Source of the DNA: Dehalococcoidia bacterium
Lineage (GTDB): Bacteria; Chloroflexota; Dehalococcoidia; Lucifugimonadales; UBA3495
Reading direction: 5' to 3'
DNA length: 64,000 nucleotides
NCBI GenBank assembly: GCA_965204905.1
Contig: OZ242042.1
Span: 4,012,891 to 4,076,890, forward strand
Shown: positions 38,268-48,054 of the stretch, one piece after another
Layout: each line of letters begins with the position of its first letter
Numbering within the stretch: the stretch's first letter is position 1
Position numbers and translations under genes: made by a program
Notes under the pieces: model-generated
Databases searched by the model: none
What the model was told of the DNA's origin: nothing
The model's input: only the letters and a program-made list of their open reading frames with translations

Positions 38268-39656
38268 CTAGTCCTCTCTGAAGGTGGCGGTCAAGGTACG
38301 GCGGCCGACCTGCATTTCGGTCCGCAGGATGTCGCCTTCCTTGATGTCGTACAGCGGCACCAGGGGGAACACGCGGCTGAACAGCAGCATGAGCATGGAT
38401 ACGAAGGCGAAAGTCGCGCCCACGATGAGGGCTTCCGGCCACTGGGGCAGGTAGTCGTTCCAGGTGAAGGTCTGGAACTGCTTGTTGGCCTGGCCGGGCA
38501 CGAACAGCAGGTAGCGCTCCAGCCACATGCCCACGTTCACGGAGATACACGCGGTGGACATGATCCAGAGGTTGCGCCGCCACGCCTTGGGCAGCCACAG
38601 GATGACCGGCAGGAAGTAGGTGATGCCGACGAAGACAATCATCCAGACGTTGTAGGCAACGCCGTAATCGCCGGGTAGGAATTGCAGGGCGCGGACGGCC
38701 AGCTCGTCGCCCTCCAGGCCGTAGATGCCGAAGATGATCTCCATGACCAGGAAGTAGAACCAGCCAGTGGCGACGACGATGAGCAGGCGGCCCAGCGCGT
38801 CGATGTGCTCGTGGCGGATGTAGTCCTGCCAGCCGTAGGCCCAGCGCAGCAGGATCATGGCGAAGATGACGGCGGAGACGCCGGAGTGGACCGCGCCGAC
38901 CACGAAGTAGGGGGCGAAGACCGTGCTGTGCCATGACTTGATGGCGACGGCCATGCCGAAGTCCCAGGACACGATGGAGTGTACGGAGACGAACACGGGC
39001 AGGATAAGCGCGGAGAGCAGGACGCCGGCGATGATCTGGAGCTTCCACTGGCGGGGGTTGCCCTCCCAGCCCATGGCCAGCAGGGTGTACACGAGCTTGG
39101 GCCAGCCGGTGGTGCGGTCGCGCAGCACGGCGAAGTCGGGCACCAGCGCTATAATCACGAACAGCGTGGATGAGGTGAGGTAGGTCAGAATCGCGGAGGG
39201 GTCCCACACCAGCGGCGTGCGGATGTTGGGCCAGATGCCGCGGGCGAAGTCATAGGGGAAGGCCCAGTAGAGGATGCGCCAGGGGCGTCCCGTGTGGATG
39301 ATCGGCATGATCATCGCGGTCATCAGGGAGAAGATGGTGAGGACCTCGGCGGCGCGAGTGGCGGGACGCCGCCATTCGGCCTTGGCCAAGCGCAGGATGG
39401 CGGAAAGCATCACGCCGGCGTGGCTGATACCGATCCAGAACACGAAGTTGGTGATGAAGAAGCCCCATACCACCTTGTAGTTCAACCCGGTAATGCCCAG
39501 GCCGGTGTTGATCATGATGCCGATGGTGATGGTCGCCGCCAGCACGATTGCGCCCAGCAGCGACACGACCGGCCAGAACCAGCGGGGCGTTTCCAGTATG
39601 GACCGCAGCAGGTCCCGGTTGATCTGCGCTGCGGGTAGGACTTTGCCTTCCTGCAT
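38268..39656 (-). CDS. actC: ActC, NrfD/PsrC-family quinol-oxidising membrane subunit
   Basis: WGFFITNFVFWIGISHAG, TRAAE, HTGRPW, PLVWD, SVHSIVSWDF, WHST, GMWLERY. Confidence 0.9.
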   Translation of the reverse strand: MQEGKVLPAAQINRDLLRSILETPRWFWPVVSLLGAIVLAATITIGIMINTGLGITGLNYKVVWGFFITNFVFWIGISHAGVMLSAILRLAKAEWRRPATRAAEVLTIFSLMTAMIMPIIHTGRPWRILYWAFPYDFARGIWPNIRTPLVWDPSAILTYLTSSTLFVIIALVPDFAVLRDRTTGWPKLVYTLLAMGWEGNPRQWKLQIIAGVLLSALILPVFVSVHSIVSWDFGMAVAIKSWHSTVFAPYFVVGAVHSGVSAVIFAMILLRWAYGWQDYIRHEHIDALGRLLIVVATGWFYFLVMEIIFGIYGLEGDELAVRALQFLPGDYGVAYNVWMIVFVGITYFLPVILWLPKAWRRNLWIMSTACISVNVGMWLERYLLFVPGQANKQFQTFTWNDYLPQWPEALIVGATFAFVSMLMLLFSRVFPLVPLYDIKEGDILRTEMQVGRRTLTATFRED

Positions 39657-39663
39657 TTTGACT

Positions 39664-41157
39664 TTACTCCGGCTTGGTCAGCACCAGGTATCGGCCGCGG
39701 ATGAGAGTGTCAACCCGCTGGTACATGGAGCCTTCTTTCATTTCCCAGAGGGACAGGGGAGGCAGGATCATCATGCCGATGCGGAACACCAGCAGCACGA
39801 TGCCCACGCCGCCCAGGATCATGAAGATGTCCCACAGATCGGGGAAGGTTGCGCCGGGAACCGGCAACAACAACGCCGGGAAGGAGAAGGCGTCGGACGG
39901 CAGGTAGTACAGTCCGCCCTCCACCGCCGGCGCGGCGGCAAAGGCAGCCGCGAAGATGCGGATGTGCCAGAGCATCAGGCCAATGACGATGAAGATGGCG
40001 GCCAGGGGCGCGCCCCAACCCTCGCGCCGGGCGTGGTTGGACACCAGGATGGGGAAGGGTATGAAGAAGGTGAAGAAGAGCTGCGCCCAGAAGATGCCGA
40101 TGTAGGAATCGAACATCAGGTAGTTCAGGATCGCCTGCTCGACTTCAAGACGGCCATACCAGTAGGTGATGAAGAACGCGAAGAGGTGGTAGGTGTGCAG
40201 CAGGGTGAGGCCCAGCAGCACTTTACTGGCGGCCCAGAAGGGCGCCTGGCCGATGAGATCGCGGTAGCCGCCCCAGCGTCGCATGGCGTAGGCCACCAAC
40301 AGAATGGAGGCGAGACCGCCCTGGAAGCTGATAACGGTGTAGAAGGGGGGCAGGATGGAGTCTTTCCAGCCGGGGATCATGGCCATGGCGAAATCGCTGA
40401 CCACGAGGAACTGGACGAAGACGACCATCATGAAGTAGAGCGCGCCCAAGATGGCGAGGCCGCCCTTCTGAATCTGCCACTGGCGCTTGGTGCCGTACCA
40501 GCCGCCGGCGAGCCGACCGTAGAGGGAGGCGCGGAAACCGGACACCAGGTGCCGGCTCTGGGCCATGTCGGGCAATGCGGCGAGCCAGAGGATCGCAACG
40601 GAGCAGAAGGACAGGCCGATCATGCCGGCGAGGAGCCAGCCGGACGGGTTGACGAGTTCCTGGAACCAGATGGACCGGCGCACCATCAACTCGCCGCTTT
40701 CGGTTGCGACGCCGATGTCGGGCAGGGCGATGAGGGCCGGGATGAACAGCAGGATGTTGACGATGCTGACCAGGGAGAAAATCTCTGCGATACGCGACAG
40801 AGGCCGACGCCAGTGGCTCTTGGTGAACCGGAAGGCGCAGGCAGCCAGCGGCGCGGAGGCGGTCAGCGTGAACACGAAGGCGAAGGCCGCGACATAGAAG
40901 CCCCAAGCGCGGTGGTCGGAGAATCCGGCGGTGAACGCCTTGAGCAGGAAGCCGACGATACCCAGAATGGTGAGCACGGCGCCGGCGTAGAACACCAAAC
41001 GCCAGATTCCCGGCGTGGTGCGCTGCTTCTCGTTGACCTCGGCGACCAGCCCCGGGGCATCGGGGATGACCCACATTTCCGGCCCGAAGTGGCCGTGTTC
41101 GTGGGCGTCGTGGCCGTGGTCCGCCGCGGGCGGATGCGCCTGGGTTTCGCTAGCCAT
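39664..41157 (-). CDS. Second, degenerate NrfD-like membrane subunit (ActF-like)
   Basis: About 10 TMs, WRRPLSRIAE, SDFAMAMIPGWKDSI; lacks the HxGRPW and PLxWD motifs of ActC. Confidence 0.7.
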   Translation of the reverse strand: MASETQAHPPAADHGHDAHEHGHFGPEMWVIPDAPGLVAEVNEKQRTTPGIWRLVFYAGAVLTILGIVGFLLKAFTAGFSDHRAWGFYVAAFAFVFTLTASAPLAACAFRFTKSHWRRPLSRIAEIFSLVSIVNILLFIPALIALPDIGVATESGELMVRRSIWFQELVNPSGWLLAGMIGLSFCSVAILWLAALPDMAQSRHLVSGFRASLYGRLAGGWYGTKRQWQIQKGGLAILGALYFMMVVFVQFLVVSDFAMAMIPGWKDSILPPFYTVISFQGGLASILLVAYAMRRWGGYRDLIGQAPFWAASKVLLGLTLLHTYHLFAFFITYWYGRLEVEQAILNYLMFDSYIGIFWAQLFFTFFIPFPILVSNHARREGWGAPLAAIFIVIGLMLWHIRIFAAAFAAAPAVEGGLYYLPSDAFSFPALLLPVPGATFPDLWDIFMILGGVGIVLLVFRIGMMILPPLSLWEMKEGSMYQRVDTLIRGRYLVLTKPE

Positions 41158-41945
41158 CAGTGTCCACCCTTACCCGCGAGGGGGTACTGGTCAACTTTCT
41201 TGAGGTAGATGACGCTGGGCCGGGTGTTCATTTCTTCCAGCAGGCGGTAGCCCCGGGTTTCGCGGTCGTGCTCGCCGTGGCCCGGGTGCGCGTTCACGTC
41301 GTCGAAGTAGGGCTTGATGGCGGCGTTGTCGTCCATCAGGTCGCCGAACATCAGGGCGTTGGTGGGGCAAGCCTGGACGCAGGCGGGATCGTAGTTGCCG
41401 CCGGCGATGGTCTCATCGTTGAGGCGGTTGCCGCCCTGGGCCTCGACCTGCAACTCGCCCCGGCGGATGCGCTGCACGCAGAAGGTGCACTTTTCGGTGA
41501 TACCGCGAGTGCGCACGGTAACGTCGGGGTTCAGTTGGTTCTCCATGCGGGCCGGCCAGTTGGGATGCCAGTAGTTGAACATCCGCACCTGGTAGGGACA
41601 GTTGTTGATGCAGTAGCGGGTGCCGACGCATCGGTTATAGACCTGGACGTTGAGTCCTTCCTCGTTGTGGTAGGTGGCGTACACCGGGCAGACCGGCTCG
41701 CAGGGCGCGTTTTCGCAGTGCTGGCAGAGCACGGGCATGAAGCGCGCCTTGACGTTGGGGTACTCGCCCTCCCAGTAGCGCTCGATGCGGATCCACTCGT
41801 AGGCCCGGCGCTGGAGGAAGTAGTCCTTGGTGTTGATGGGGATGTTGTTCTCGGCCTGGCAAGCGATTACGCAGGCTTGGCAGCCCGTGCATTTGTCCAG
41901 GTCGGCGACCATTCCCCATTTGTGTTGGTATTGAGCGTTCGGCAT
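41157..41945 (-). CDS. ActB2 (QrcC/NrfC-like) Fe-S subunit
   Basis: CTGCQACVIAC, CQHCENAPCEPVC, CVGTRYCINNC ([3Fe-4S]-type), CTFC...CVQACP. Confidence 0.92.
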   Translation of the reverse strand: MPNAQYQHKWGMVADLDKCTGCQACVIACQAENNIPINTKDYFLQRRAYEWIRIERYWEGEYPNVKARFMPVLCQHCENAPCEPVCPVYATYHNEEGLNVQVYNRCVGTRYCINNCPYQVRMFNYWHPNWPARMENQLNPDVTVRTRGITEKCTFCVQRIRRGELQVEAQGGNRLNDETIAGGNYDPACVQACPTNALMFGDLMDDNAAIKPYFDDVNAHPGHGEHDRETRGYRLLEEMNTRPSVIYLKKVDQYPLAGKGGH

Positions 41946-42001
41946 CTTCTAATTATCCAAAGGTCACTGTTCGTTTTCTCACCGTATCCGCCTTTGGCGG
42001 G

Positions 42002-42029
42002 CTGGATTCCCGCGAAAGCGGGAATGACG
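42002..42029 (+). repeat. Repeat family C (CTGGATTCCCGC-n4-GCGGGAATGACG; dRS3/RPE-like)
   Basis: Solo copies at 42002, 49813, 52018, 56283; inverted pairs at 45634-45737 and 52261-52356. Confidence 0.85.
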
Positions 42030-42055
42030 GGGTATTTTACACGGTGACTTACCGT

Positions 42056-44308
42056 TTAGTGGCCTCCCTCTGCGCTGACGGTCTTGAATACCTGCTCGGC
42101 GGGATGCTCACCGATTTCGCGTGAGGTGTAGCCACCCTCCAGCTTGGAAACGGCCATGCTGTCGCCGGTGCGCGTGATGCTGCAACGGTTGCCGCTCCAG
42201 GTGACTCCGCCGGCGTCGTTGCCGGCGACCGCCAGGATGGACACGACGTTACTGCTTTCGCGCGAGTCCCGGCCCGTTGCGAATTCGGAACCGGCGGTAC
42301 GTCCGCCGCCCATGGGCACGGCGGCGATGCCGGGGGGCATACCGGGATTGAGATAGGCCAGCGCCTGAATGGTCCCGGAGGACGTGGTGATGTTGACCAC
42401 GTCGCCTTCCCGGAGACCCATTTCTTCGCGGGCTTGCTTTTCGTTGATCTCCACCCAGGTCTGCCAGGCGACGGTGGTAATGGGATCCGGCGCGTTCTGG
42501 GCCCAGGGCAGGTGGGCGTTGCGACCGTCCAGCACGGTGTTGTGCGCGAAGGGCAGCAACTGGAAGTTGCCGGAGCCGTGCATCTGGGCCGGCGCGGCCA
42601 TGCTCACAATATCGTTGAGCAGATTGCTGGACGGGGATGCGCCATGTGCGGCAGCGCCTTCGTCCCACCAGCCGCCGTTTTTCAGCGTCTCGGTGAGGTC
42701 TGCGCCCAGCGTCTCTTCTACGTTGACCCGGATCGTGGCCTCGTAACTCTCGGCCGGCATGGCGTCGGTGCGGCCCAGAGCGGCGGCGGCGTTGATCAAA
42801 ACGTCTGGGAAGCTGCGCGGGTCCAGGTCGGGCAGCGGGTTCACCACCGGCTGCTGCACCGCATACACCTGATAACCGGGCATCGGGGAAGGAGTGTCGT
42901 CGCCCCAGTCCTCCAACGCTACTCGGTCGGGGATCAACAGATCGGCCATCACGCTGGTGTCGTCGATGAATGGGCTGGCGCTGATGATGGCGACGTTCTC
43001 GTTGCGCAGGGCGTCGGCCATGCCTACGCCGGCCGGCAGGCCGTGTACCGGATCGGCGTTGTGAATGATCACCAGGCCCGTTGCGCCGTTGGCGATGTCG
43101 GCGGCGATCAACCGCCATTCGTCCAGGGAAACCAACGGAACCGGGGCGGGACTTGAGATCGGGCCGTCGGAATTGGGCAGCAGTCCGCCCTCGTGTCCCA
43201 CGTTACCCATCAAGAAGTTCACCAGCAGCGCGGCGGAAGCGTTGAACTTGCCGTTGCTGTAGGCTGCGGCCTCGCCGCCGCCGCCGATGGCAAGCCCGCC
43301 GTGGGCCGCGTAGTCATGGGCCATGCTGTAGAAGAAGTCGTTGAGGGATTTTCCGTCCAGCACTTCGGCAGGGATCCCCAGGATGCCGGCATTGGCGTCT
43401 GGGGCGAATTGACTGAGCGCGCCGGGCCCGGCCTCGCCGGTGATGGCCTGCACGTAGGACGATTCGGGGTGCGACTGGGCGATTGCCCAAGCCGTTGCCA
43501 TGGCCGCGTAGCCTTCGGCGCCGGGCGCGATGGGGACCCACTTGTCGGCGTTGGCCGCCGTCATCGAATAGCGCGTGCCGAAGTGGATGTGTGTTCCGCG
43601 TTGATGGGTGTATTCGCCGGAGCGGAACTTTCCGTAACCCACCGAGTAGGCGGTGGGGCTGCCCCAGGTGGACAGGAAATCCGAGCCGAAGCTAACGAGA
43701 GTATGTGCGTGGGCAATGTCGTGGTAGGGAAGGTTGCCACTGCCCATCACGTCCTGGACCGCTGTGCGATAGGCTGCGTCGTCTGCCGCGCCACCGAAAG
43801 CCACGTGCCGGCCGCCGAAAGCCTCGGCGAAAGCGCCGCAGATTCGCGCAAAACTGGCGCAACGGTCGTCGGTCATCAGCAGCATCCGGCTGCCGTTGGC
43901 ATCGACAGCGGCGTTGAGGCGGTTCAGAGCTTCTTCCCAAGTAACGGGGCGGAACAGGCCGGAACCGCGAGGGCCGGTCCGCAGCATGGGGCCGGCGATG
44001 CGGTCGGGATGGTACAGGGATTGCAGCATCGCGTCCGCCGCGGCGGATTGCTTGCCCTGGTTGGTGGGGAACCGTGGGTTGCCCCGCACCTTCTTGGCGC
44101 GGCCTTCCATCACCCGCACCAGGACGCCTTGACCACCTGGCACGGAGCCATCGTAGGTGGCATACCAGTTGTCCCGGCCACTGACCAGGTCTTCGGGAAT
44201 GAGGGCAGGGCTCTGCACCTTCAACTCATCGTCGAAGAGGTTGCAGGCAATCGCGCCGGTGGCGGCGATACCGGCCCAGGCCAGGAAGTTGCGGCGGCTA
44301 AGTTTCAT
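42056..44308 (-). CDS. ActB1 (QrcB-like) molybdopterin-oxidoreductase-fold subunit, Tat-exported
   Basis: SRRNFL Tat motif followed by Cys; EGRAKKVRGNP, LYHPDR, LEDWGD, PDPITTVAWQTWVEIN; N-terminal Fe-S cysteines are missing (ATYDGSVPGGQG). Confidence 0.88.
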   Translation of the reverse strand: MKLSRRNFLAWAGIAATGAIACNLFDDELKVQSPALIPEDLVSGRDNWYATYDGSVPGGQGVLVRVMEGRAKKVRGNPRFPTNQGKQSAAADAMLQSLYHPDRIAGPMLRTGPRGSGLFRPVTWEEALNRLNAAVDANGSRMLLMTDDRCASFARICGAFAEAFGGRHVAFGGAADDAAYRTAVQDVMGSGNLPYHDIAHAHTLVSFGSDFLSTWGSPTAYSVGYGKFRSGEYTHQRGTHIHFGTRYSMTAANADKWVPIAPGAEGYAAMATAWAIAQSHPESSYVQAITGEAGPGALSQFAPDANAGILGIPAEVLDGKSLNDFFYSMAHDYAAHGGLAIGGGGEAAAYSNGKFNASAALLVNFLMGNVGHEGGLLPNSDGPISSPAPVPLVSLDEWRLIAADIANGATGLVIIHNADPVHGLPAGVGMADALRNENVAIISASPFIDDTSVMADLLIPDRVALEDWGDDTPSPMPGYQVYAVQQPVVNPLPDLDPRSFPDVLINAAAALGRTDAMPAESYEATIRVNVEETLGADLTETLKNGGWWDEGAAAHGASPSSNLLNDIVSMAAPAQMHGSGNFQLLPFAHNTVLDGRNAHLPWAQNAPDPITTVAWQTWVEINEKQAREEMGLREGDVVNITTSSGTIQALAYLNPGMPPGIAAVPMGGGRTAGSEFATGRDSRESSNVVSILAVAGNDAGGVTWSGNRCSITRTGDSMAVSKLEGGYTSREIGEHPAEQVFKTVSAEGGH

Positions 44309-44361
44309 TAGAATGGTCAGGCAGTTTCGAGGTTGCGGAGTTTCCGTAGTCGGAGTGAGAC

Positions 44362-45066
44362 CTACTTGTGGCAGACGGTGCAGTCGGTGCTTACGCTGTT
44401 TTGGCGGTGACAGTCCAGGCAGGTGCCCATCTTGAGGGACTGGCCGTCCTGGGGTTGTACCTCCGCCATTTGGGATACGTCGCCGTGGCAGACGGTACAG
44501 GCTTCTTGCACCGGCACTGGCAGATTCATGGGCGTTTCGTCACCCACGGGCAGGGTTACGGTGCGTGGGTCGCCCTGGGTAAGGAACCGGATGTGCGCTT
44601 CGTGAACGAACCGGACATGGTCGGGAACGCGATGAACCCGTTCCCAGTCGATGGGGCGGCCGTCGGCGTGCTTGTCCAACACGCGCTGGATGTTGCCGAG
44701 CGACTCGTCGGTGATCTTCCCAATTTCCGGTTCATTCGCAATGTGGTCTGCCTTTACGTTCCCTCCGTTGACCTGCTTGTGACAGATGACGCAGACCTCA
44801 ACGGCGGGCACGGTTGCGGCGGCGCCGGTGGCGACGTTGCGGTGGCAGAATTCGCATTGGATAGCGTGTCCGCCATCCTCAACGGCCCCCGCGTGTACGG
44901 TGTGCGGGAAGGGAATGGGCTGGTCGGGCGCGTTGCCCCAGCCGAAAGGCGGGTTAGAAAACCAGGAAATGAACAGCACCACCACTATGAACGCTACGAT
45001 TGCTGTTGCCAGCAGCCCTGCCAGGGCCATAGGGATGAGTTGTCGGGTTGGCGGCAGAGGCGGCAT
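44362..45066 (-). CDS. actA: ActA pentaheme cytochrome c
   Basis: N-terminal TM, QPIPFPH, five CxxCH (CEFCH, CVICH, CTVCH, CLDCH, CTVCH), KMGTC. Confidence 0.92.
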   Translation of the reverse strand: MPPLPPTRQLIPMALAGLLATAIVAFIVVVLFISWFSNPPFGWGNAPDQPIPFPHTVHAGAVEDGGHAIQCEFCHRNVATGAAATVPAVEVCVICHKQVNGGNVKADHIANEPEIGKITDESLGNIQRVLDKHADGRPIDWERVHRVPDHVRFVHEAHIRFLTQGDPRTVTLPVGDETPMNLPVPVQEACTVCHGDVSQMAEVQPQDGQSLKMGTCLDCHRQNSVSTDCTVCHK

Positions 45067-45149
45067 GGGTGAAAGGTTGTGATGGTTAGGGTGGTGGTTG
45101 AATCGCTGCGTTGAGAGCCGACGCCGGACTCAGACAGTTGGATGGATTG

Positions 45150-45452
45150 CTATACGAACAGTCGGTGCCACACGCCTTGGAAGGTGACGGGAGACTGCAT
45201 TACGGTGAGAACCATCATCGCTACCGCGCCGCCCAGGGCAGCAAGGCCGATAACGGTGATGGGTAAGCGCAAACGACTGAGGACGGCCGGATAGGTGCCT
45301 GTCTGCACGCCCGAAGGAATCAGCCCGTGGGCGATGAGCATACTGAACGCGAAGACGATGATCAGCGGGAAATAGATCCACAGGTAGGTCAACCACAGGT
45401 GAACGTTGTGCCAGAGCACGGCGTTCATTGCATTAGGATCAGTAGGCGGCAT
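45150..45452 (-). CDS. Small 2-TM protein heading the ACIII operon
   Basis: Two hydrophobic helices; ATG 45452 lies downstream of the predicted promoter, whereas the track start 45572 does not. Confidence 0.6.
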   Translation of the reverse strand: MPPTDPNAMNAVLWHNVHLWLTYLWIYFPLIIVFAFSMLIAHGLIPSGVQTGTYPAVLSRLRLPITVIGLAALGGAVAMMVLTVMQSPVTFQGVWHRLFV

Positions 45453-45550
45453 TTGGTTGGTGAACCTGTGCTGAAAGTTCTGATCGCGGTTCGCGCGCCC
45501 TGGCGGTTTCCGGTTTTTACCCCTCGTAAAAATCGGCCCCCGTTTTGGGC

Positions 45551-45585
45551 TGGTGAAAATTATCACATTCACTATGACGTGTCAA
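45551..45585 (-). promoter_or_regulatory. Sigma70-type promoter of the ACIII operon with an overlapping palindromic operator (Rex- or Crp-like)
   Basis: Minus strand TTGACA (45585-45580), 17 bp, TG-A-TAATTT (45562-45557); palindrome GGTGA-AAATTA-TCACA at 45552-45567 covers the -10. Confidence 0.6.
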
Positions 45586-45982
45586 CAAGCCGGGCGGCCC
45601 GTGCCGGGGCTTTCGCATATGAAATTACAACGGCGTCACTCCGGCGAAAGCCGGAGTCCAAATCCTGCGAATGGCTTGATATTCGCAAGGAAACAGCTGA
45701 TTTTGGTCACTGGATACCGGCTTTCGCCGGTATGACGGTGCTAAAACAGTCCATTGCGATAGCCCTGGGCGCCACGACAGCGAACGTTGACCGATCTGAT
45801 ACGCCCTGCTACCATCGCTCCCGCAACGGTCGCTGGCAACGAAGGTTCCAGCATCCATCTCAAATACAGGTTCGTATTCATGGGGCAGCGCGTTCATACC
45901 GTGCCTTCCTTGCGCGCCTGTATTTGGGAACCTGGCGACCGTTGCAAGAAGCCTGTCCTACGGACGCAAGGGAGGTTCCTGG

Positions 45983-48001
45983 ATGCTTAAATGGCGCCGG
46001 GCCCGTATTTCTTTTCCCCTCATCAGCATCGCAATGGCGATCTGCCTCGTGGTCGCCGGCGGAGTGGACAACATCGCCCGAGCACAGTCCTCGTTGCCCC
46101 CTCCCACCGGCATAAGCGTAGTCAACGGAAGCGCACTTGGCGAGGTTGACCTGACCTGGGACGCGGTGGAGGGCGCCACGTATTACCGCATTGGGTGGGT
46201 GGCCGAAGAGGACTACCACCGAGCGCTCAGTGAGCCGAACGGGGAATGGCGGAAAGAGATACGCTTTTCCAATGTTGTTAACCGGGGTCAATCCACCTGG
46301 ACGGTGACCCGTCTCACGCCGGGCATCAAGTACGCGTTTAGGGTGGCCAGCCACAACGCTTTTTACGGGGAGCCGGAATGGTCAGCCTGGAAGGCGCTGA
46401 CACTTACCGCCGCCTCGCCAAAGGAAGGGGGATGGGAAGTCTGGGCGGGGGACCAATCGGACAGCGCCGACATCAGCGCAGACAATCCGACCGGGAGCTA
46501 CGGCAGCCGGATTCTCATCTACGAAAGCAGCGATTTTCTCGCCGCCCCTCCCGGTTGGTATGCCGAAGACGACCCCGAATACAGGCCGACTGTGGTCCAC
46601 GCCACTGACGTTTTTCCGTCGGCCTTTGAAGAATTGGGAGTGAACGTAAGACGGCTGCACGGCATGATGCCCCAACCTTTGACGCATCGCTACGTGGCGG
46701 CGAGTTTCTTCGGTCCGGGAGCAGGAATGGTGGGCATCATTGACGCGGAAGGACAGTGCGCGCAGTCAGTGAACGGTATCAGGGACTGCCAGCGGATTCA
46801 AGGCGACCCGGAGGCGGCCGCAAAGCTGGGCAAAGCCCTCTTTCGCACTACCGGCCCGGAAGGCTCCGCTCCTTCTAACCACATGTCCTTCTTCAGCGCT
46901 GACGGCACCAAGCTCATTGTAGCCAATCTCGCCGCCAAGCTGCTGGAACGAATAGACTACGACGCGGAGGCCGACACCTTCACATTCAACAAGGCTGCCA
47001 CACTGGACCTGGTGGGAGGACGGGACCTCACCGCCATGGAGGCGCAGGCCGATTCGACCCTACCCGATGGCAGGGTGGTCGGCGAGTACTCCAACTTCCA
47101 GCCAACAACCACGCCAAGCGGAGCGCTGAAGGAAGGACCAGGGCGCCCCAATAACGTCGTAGTGTGTCCGGCGCTCAGCAGCGACAACCAGCACGCCTAC
47201 GTCACCTTCGGCGGTGGCGGGCTATTCGTGGTGGACATTACGACTGAGCCGATGTCCATTGTGGCGGAATATACCAATGACGTCATCAGTGCTGCCGGAT
47301 GTGGCGGCAGGGAAGGGGGCGGCTTTATGCACCTGAACGCGGGCGTGTCAGCCAGCGGCGCTGGGGCAGATGACTCGACGTTCATCATGTACCGTCTCCC
47401 GTTGGACTATCCCGATGGCGCGAACCCGCACACCGCGCCTAATACGCCGCCGGCAGTGAAGTTCTACGAAGAGAAGACGCTGAACATCACCGAAGAGGCG
47501 AAACTCGTGGAACGCAGGGATGCCCACGGATTGGCTGTCTCAGCCAACTCGCGGTATCTGTATCAGTTTGACCGGATCCAGAACAAAGCGGAAGTGTTCG
47601 ATATTGGCAAGATCATCAACGATCCTGCCGCAACCCTGGAAGAGCAAGCGATAGCGCACGTGGGCACCATTGACCTCACCGGCTCAGGACACTGCGTCGG
47701 CGAGGGGGCGCCCTTCGTCGATTTGAATGGTGAAGGGTATGAATTCAACGACGATCCCGCTCCTGACCATGCCGAGGTTACACCCGATGGGCGAATGATC
47801 CTCGTCGCTTTCCGTGGATCGATACCGGTCAGCGTGCCACACGCCGGTCTGGGCAGTTGCCCCGGGTTCGGACTGGTGACGCTCTCGGGTGACGGTGGGT
47901 CAACCGGCAAGCTGACCCACGTGTTCCGAACCTTCCTGCCCGACGCGACGGGCACCAGGAACCTCAGCGACATTCACGGGGCGGTTGTCCGAGTCAAGTA
48001 A
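45983..48001 (+). CDS. Secreted protein with an FN3 domain and a probable beta-propeller
   Basis: Signal peptide; PPPTGISV...LTWDAVEGATYYRIGW...LTPGIKYAFRVAS; propeller-like HM/HG blades (NHMSFFSADG, AHGLAVSANS, SDIHG). Confidence 0.7.
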   Translation: MLKWRRARISFPLISIAMAICLVVAGGVDNIARAQSSLPPPTGISVVNGSALGEVDLTWDAVEGATYYRIGWVAEEDYHRALSEPNGEWRKEIRFSNVVNRGQSTWTVTRLTPGIKYAFRVASHNAFYGEPEWSAWKALTLTAASPKEGGWEVWAGDQSDSADISADNPTGSYGSRILIYESSDFLAAPPGWYAEDDPEYRPTVVHATDVFPSAFEELGVNVRRLHGMMPQPLTHRYVAASFFGPGAGMVGIIDAEGQCAQSVNGIRDCQRIQGDPEAAAKLGKALFRTTGPEGSAPSNHMSFFSADGTKLIVANLAAKLLERIDYDAEADTFTFNKAATLDLVGGRDLTAMEAQADSTLPDGRVVGEYSNFQPTTTPSGALKEGPGRPNNVVVCPALSSDNQHAYVTFGGGGLFVVDITTEPMSIVAEYTNDVISAAGCGGREGGGFMHLNAGVSASGAGADDSTFIMYRLPLDYPDGANPHTAPNTPPAVKFYEEKTLNITEEAKLVERRDAHGLAVSANSRYLYQFDRIQNKAEVFDIGKIINDPAATLEEQAIAHVGTIDLTGSGHCVGEGAPFVDLNGEGYEFNDDPAPDHAEVTPDGRMILVAFRGSIPVSVPHAGLGSCPGFGLVTLSGDGGSTGKLTHVFRTFLPDATGTRNLSDIHGAVVRVK

Positions 48002-48054
48002 AAAACGGGGCCTTTTTAGATTTACCAAGCTTGGGGGATGCCGCGGCGTAGGGG

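Noticed and set aside
42056-44308. Catalytic molybdoenzyme (DMSO, polysulfide or formate reductase)
   Set aside because: The N-terminal Fe-S Cys motif is lost and the context (ActA, C, D, E) fits a non-catalytic ActB1/QrcB-type subunit.
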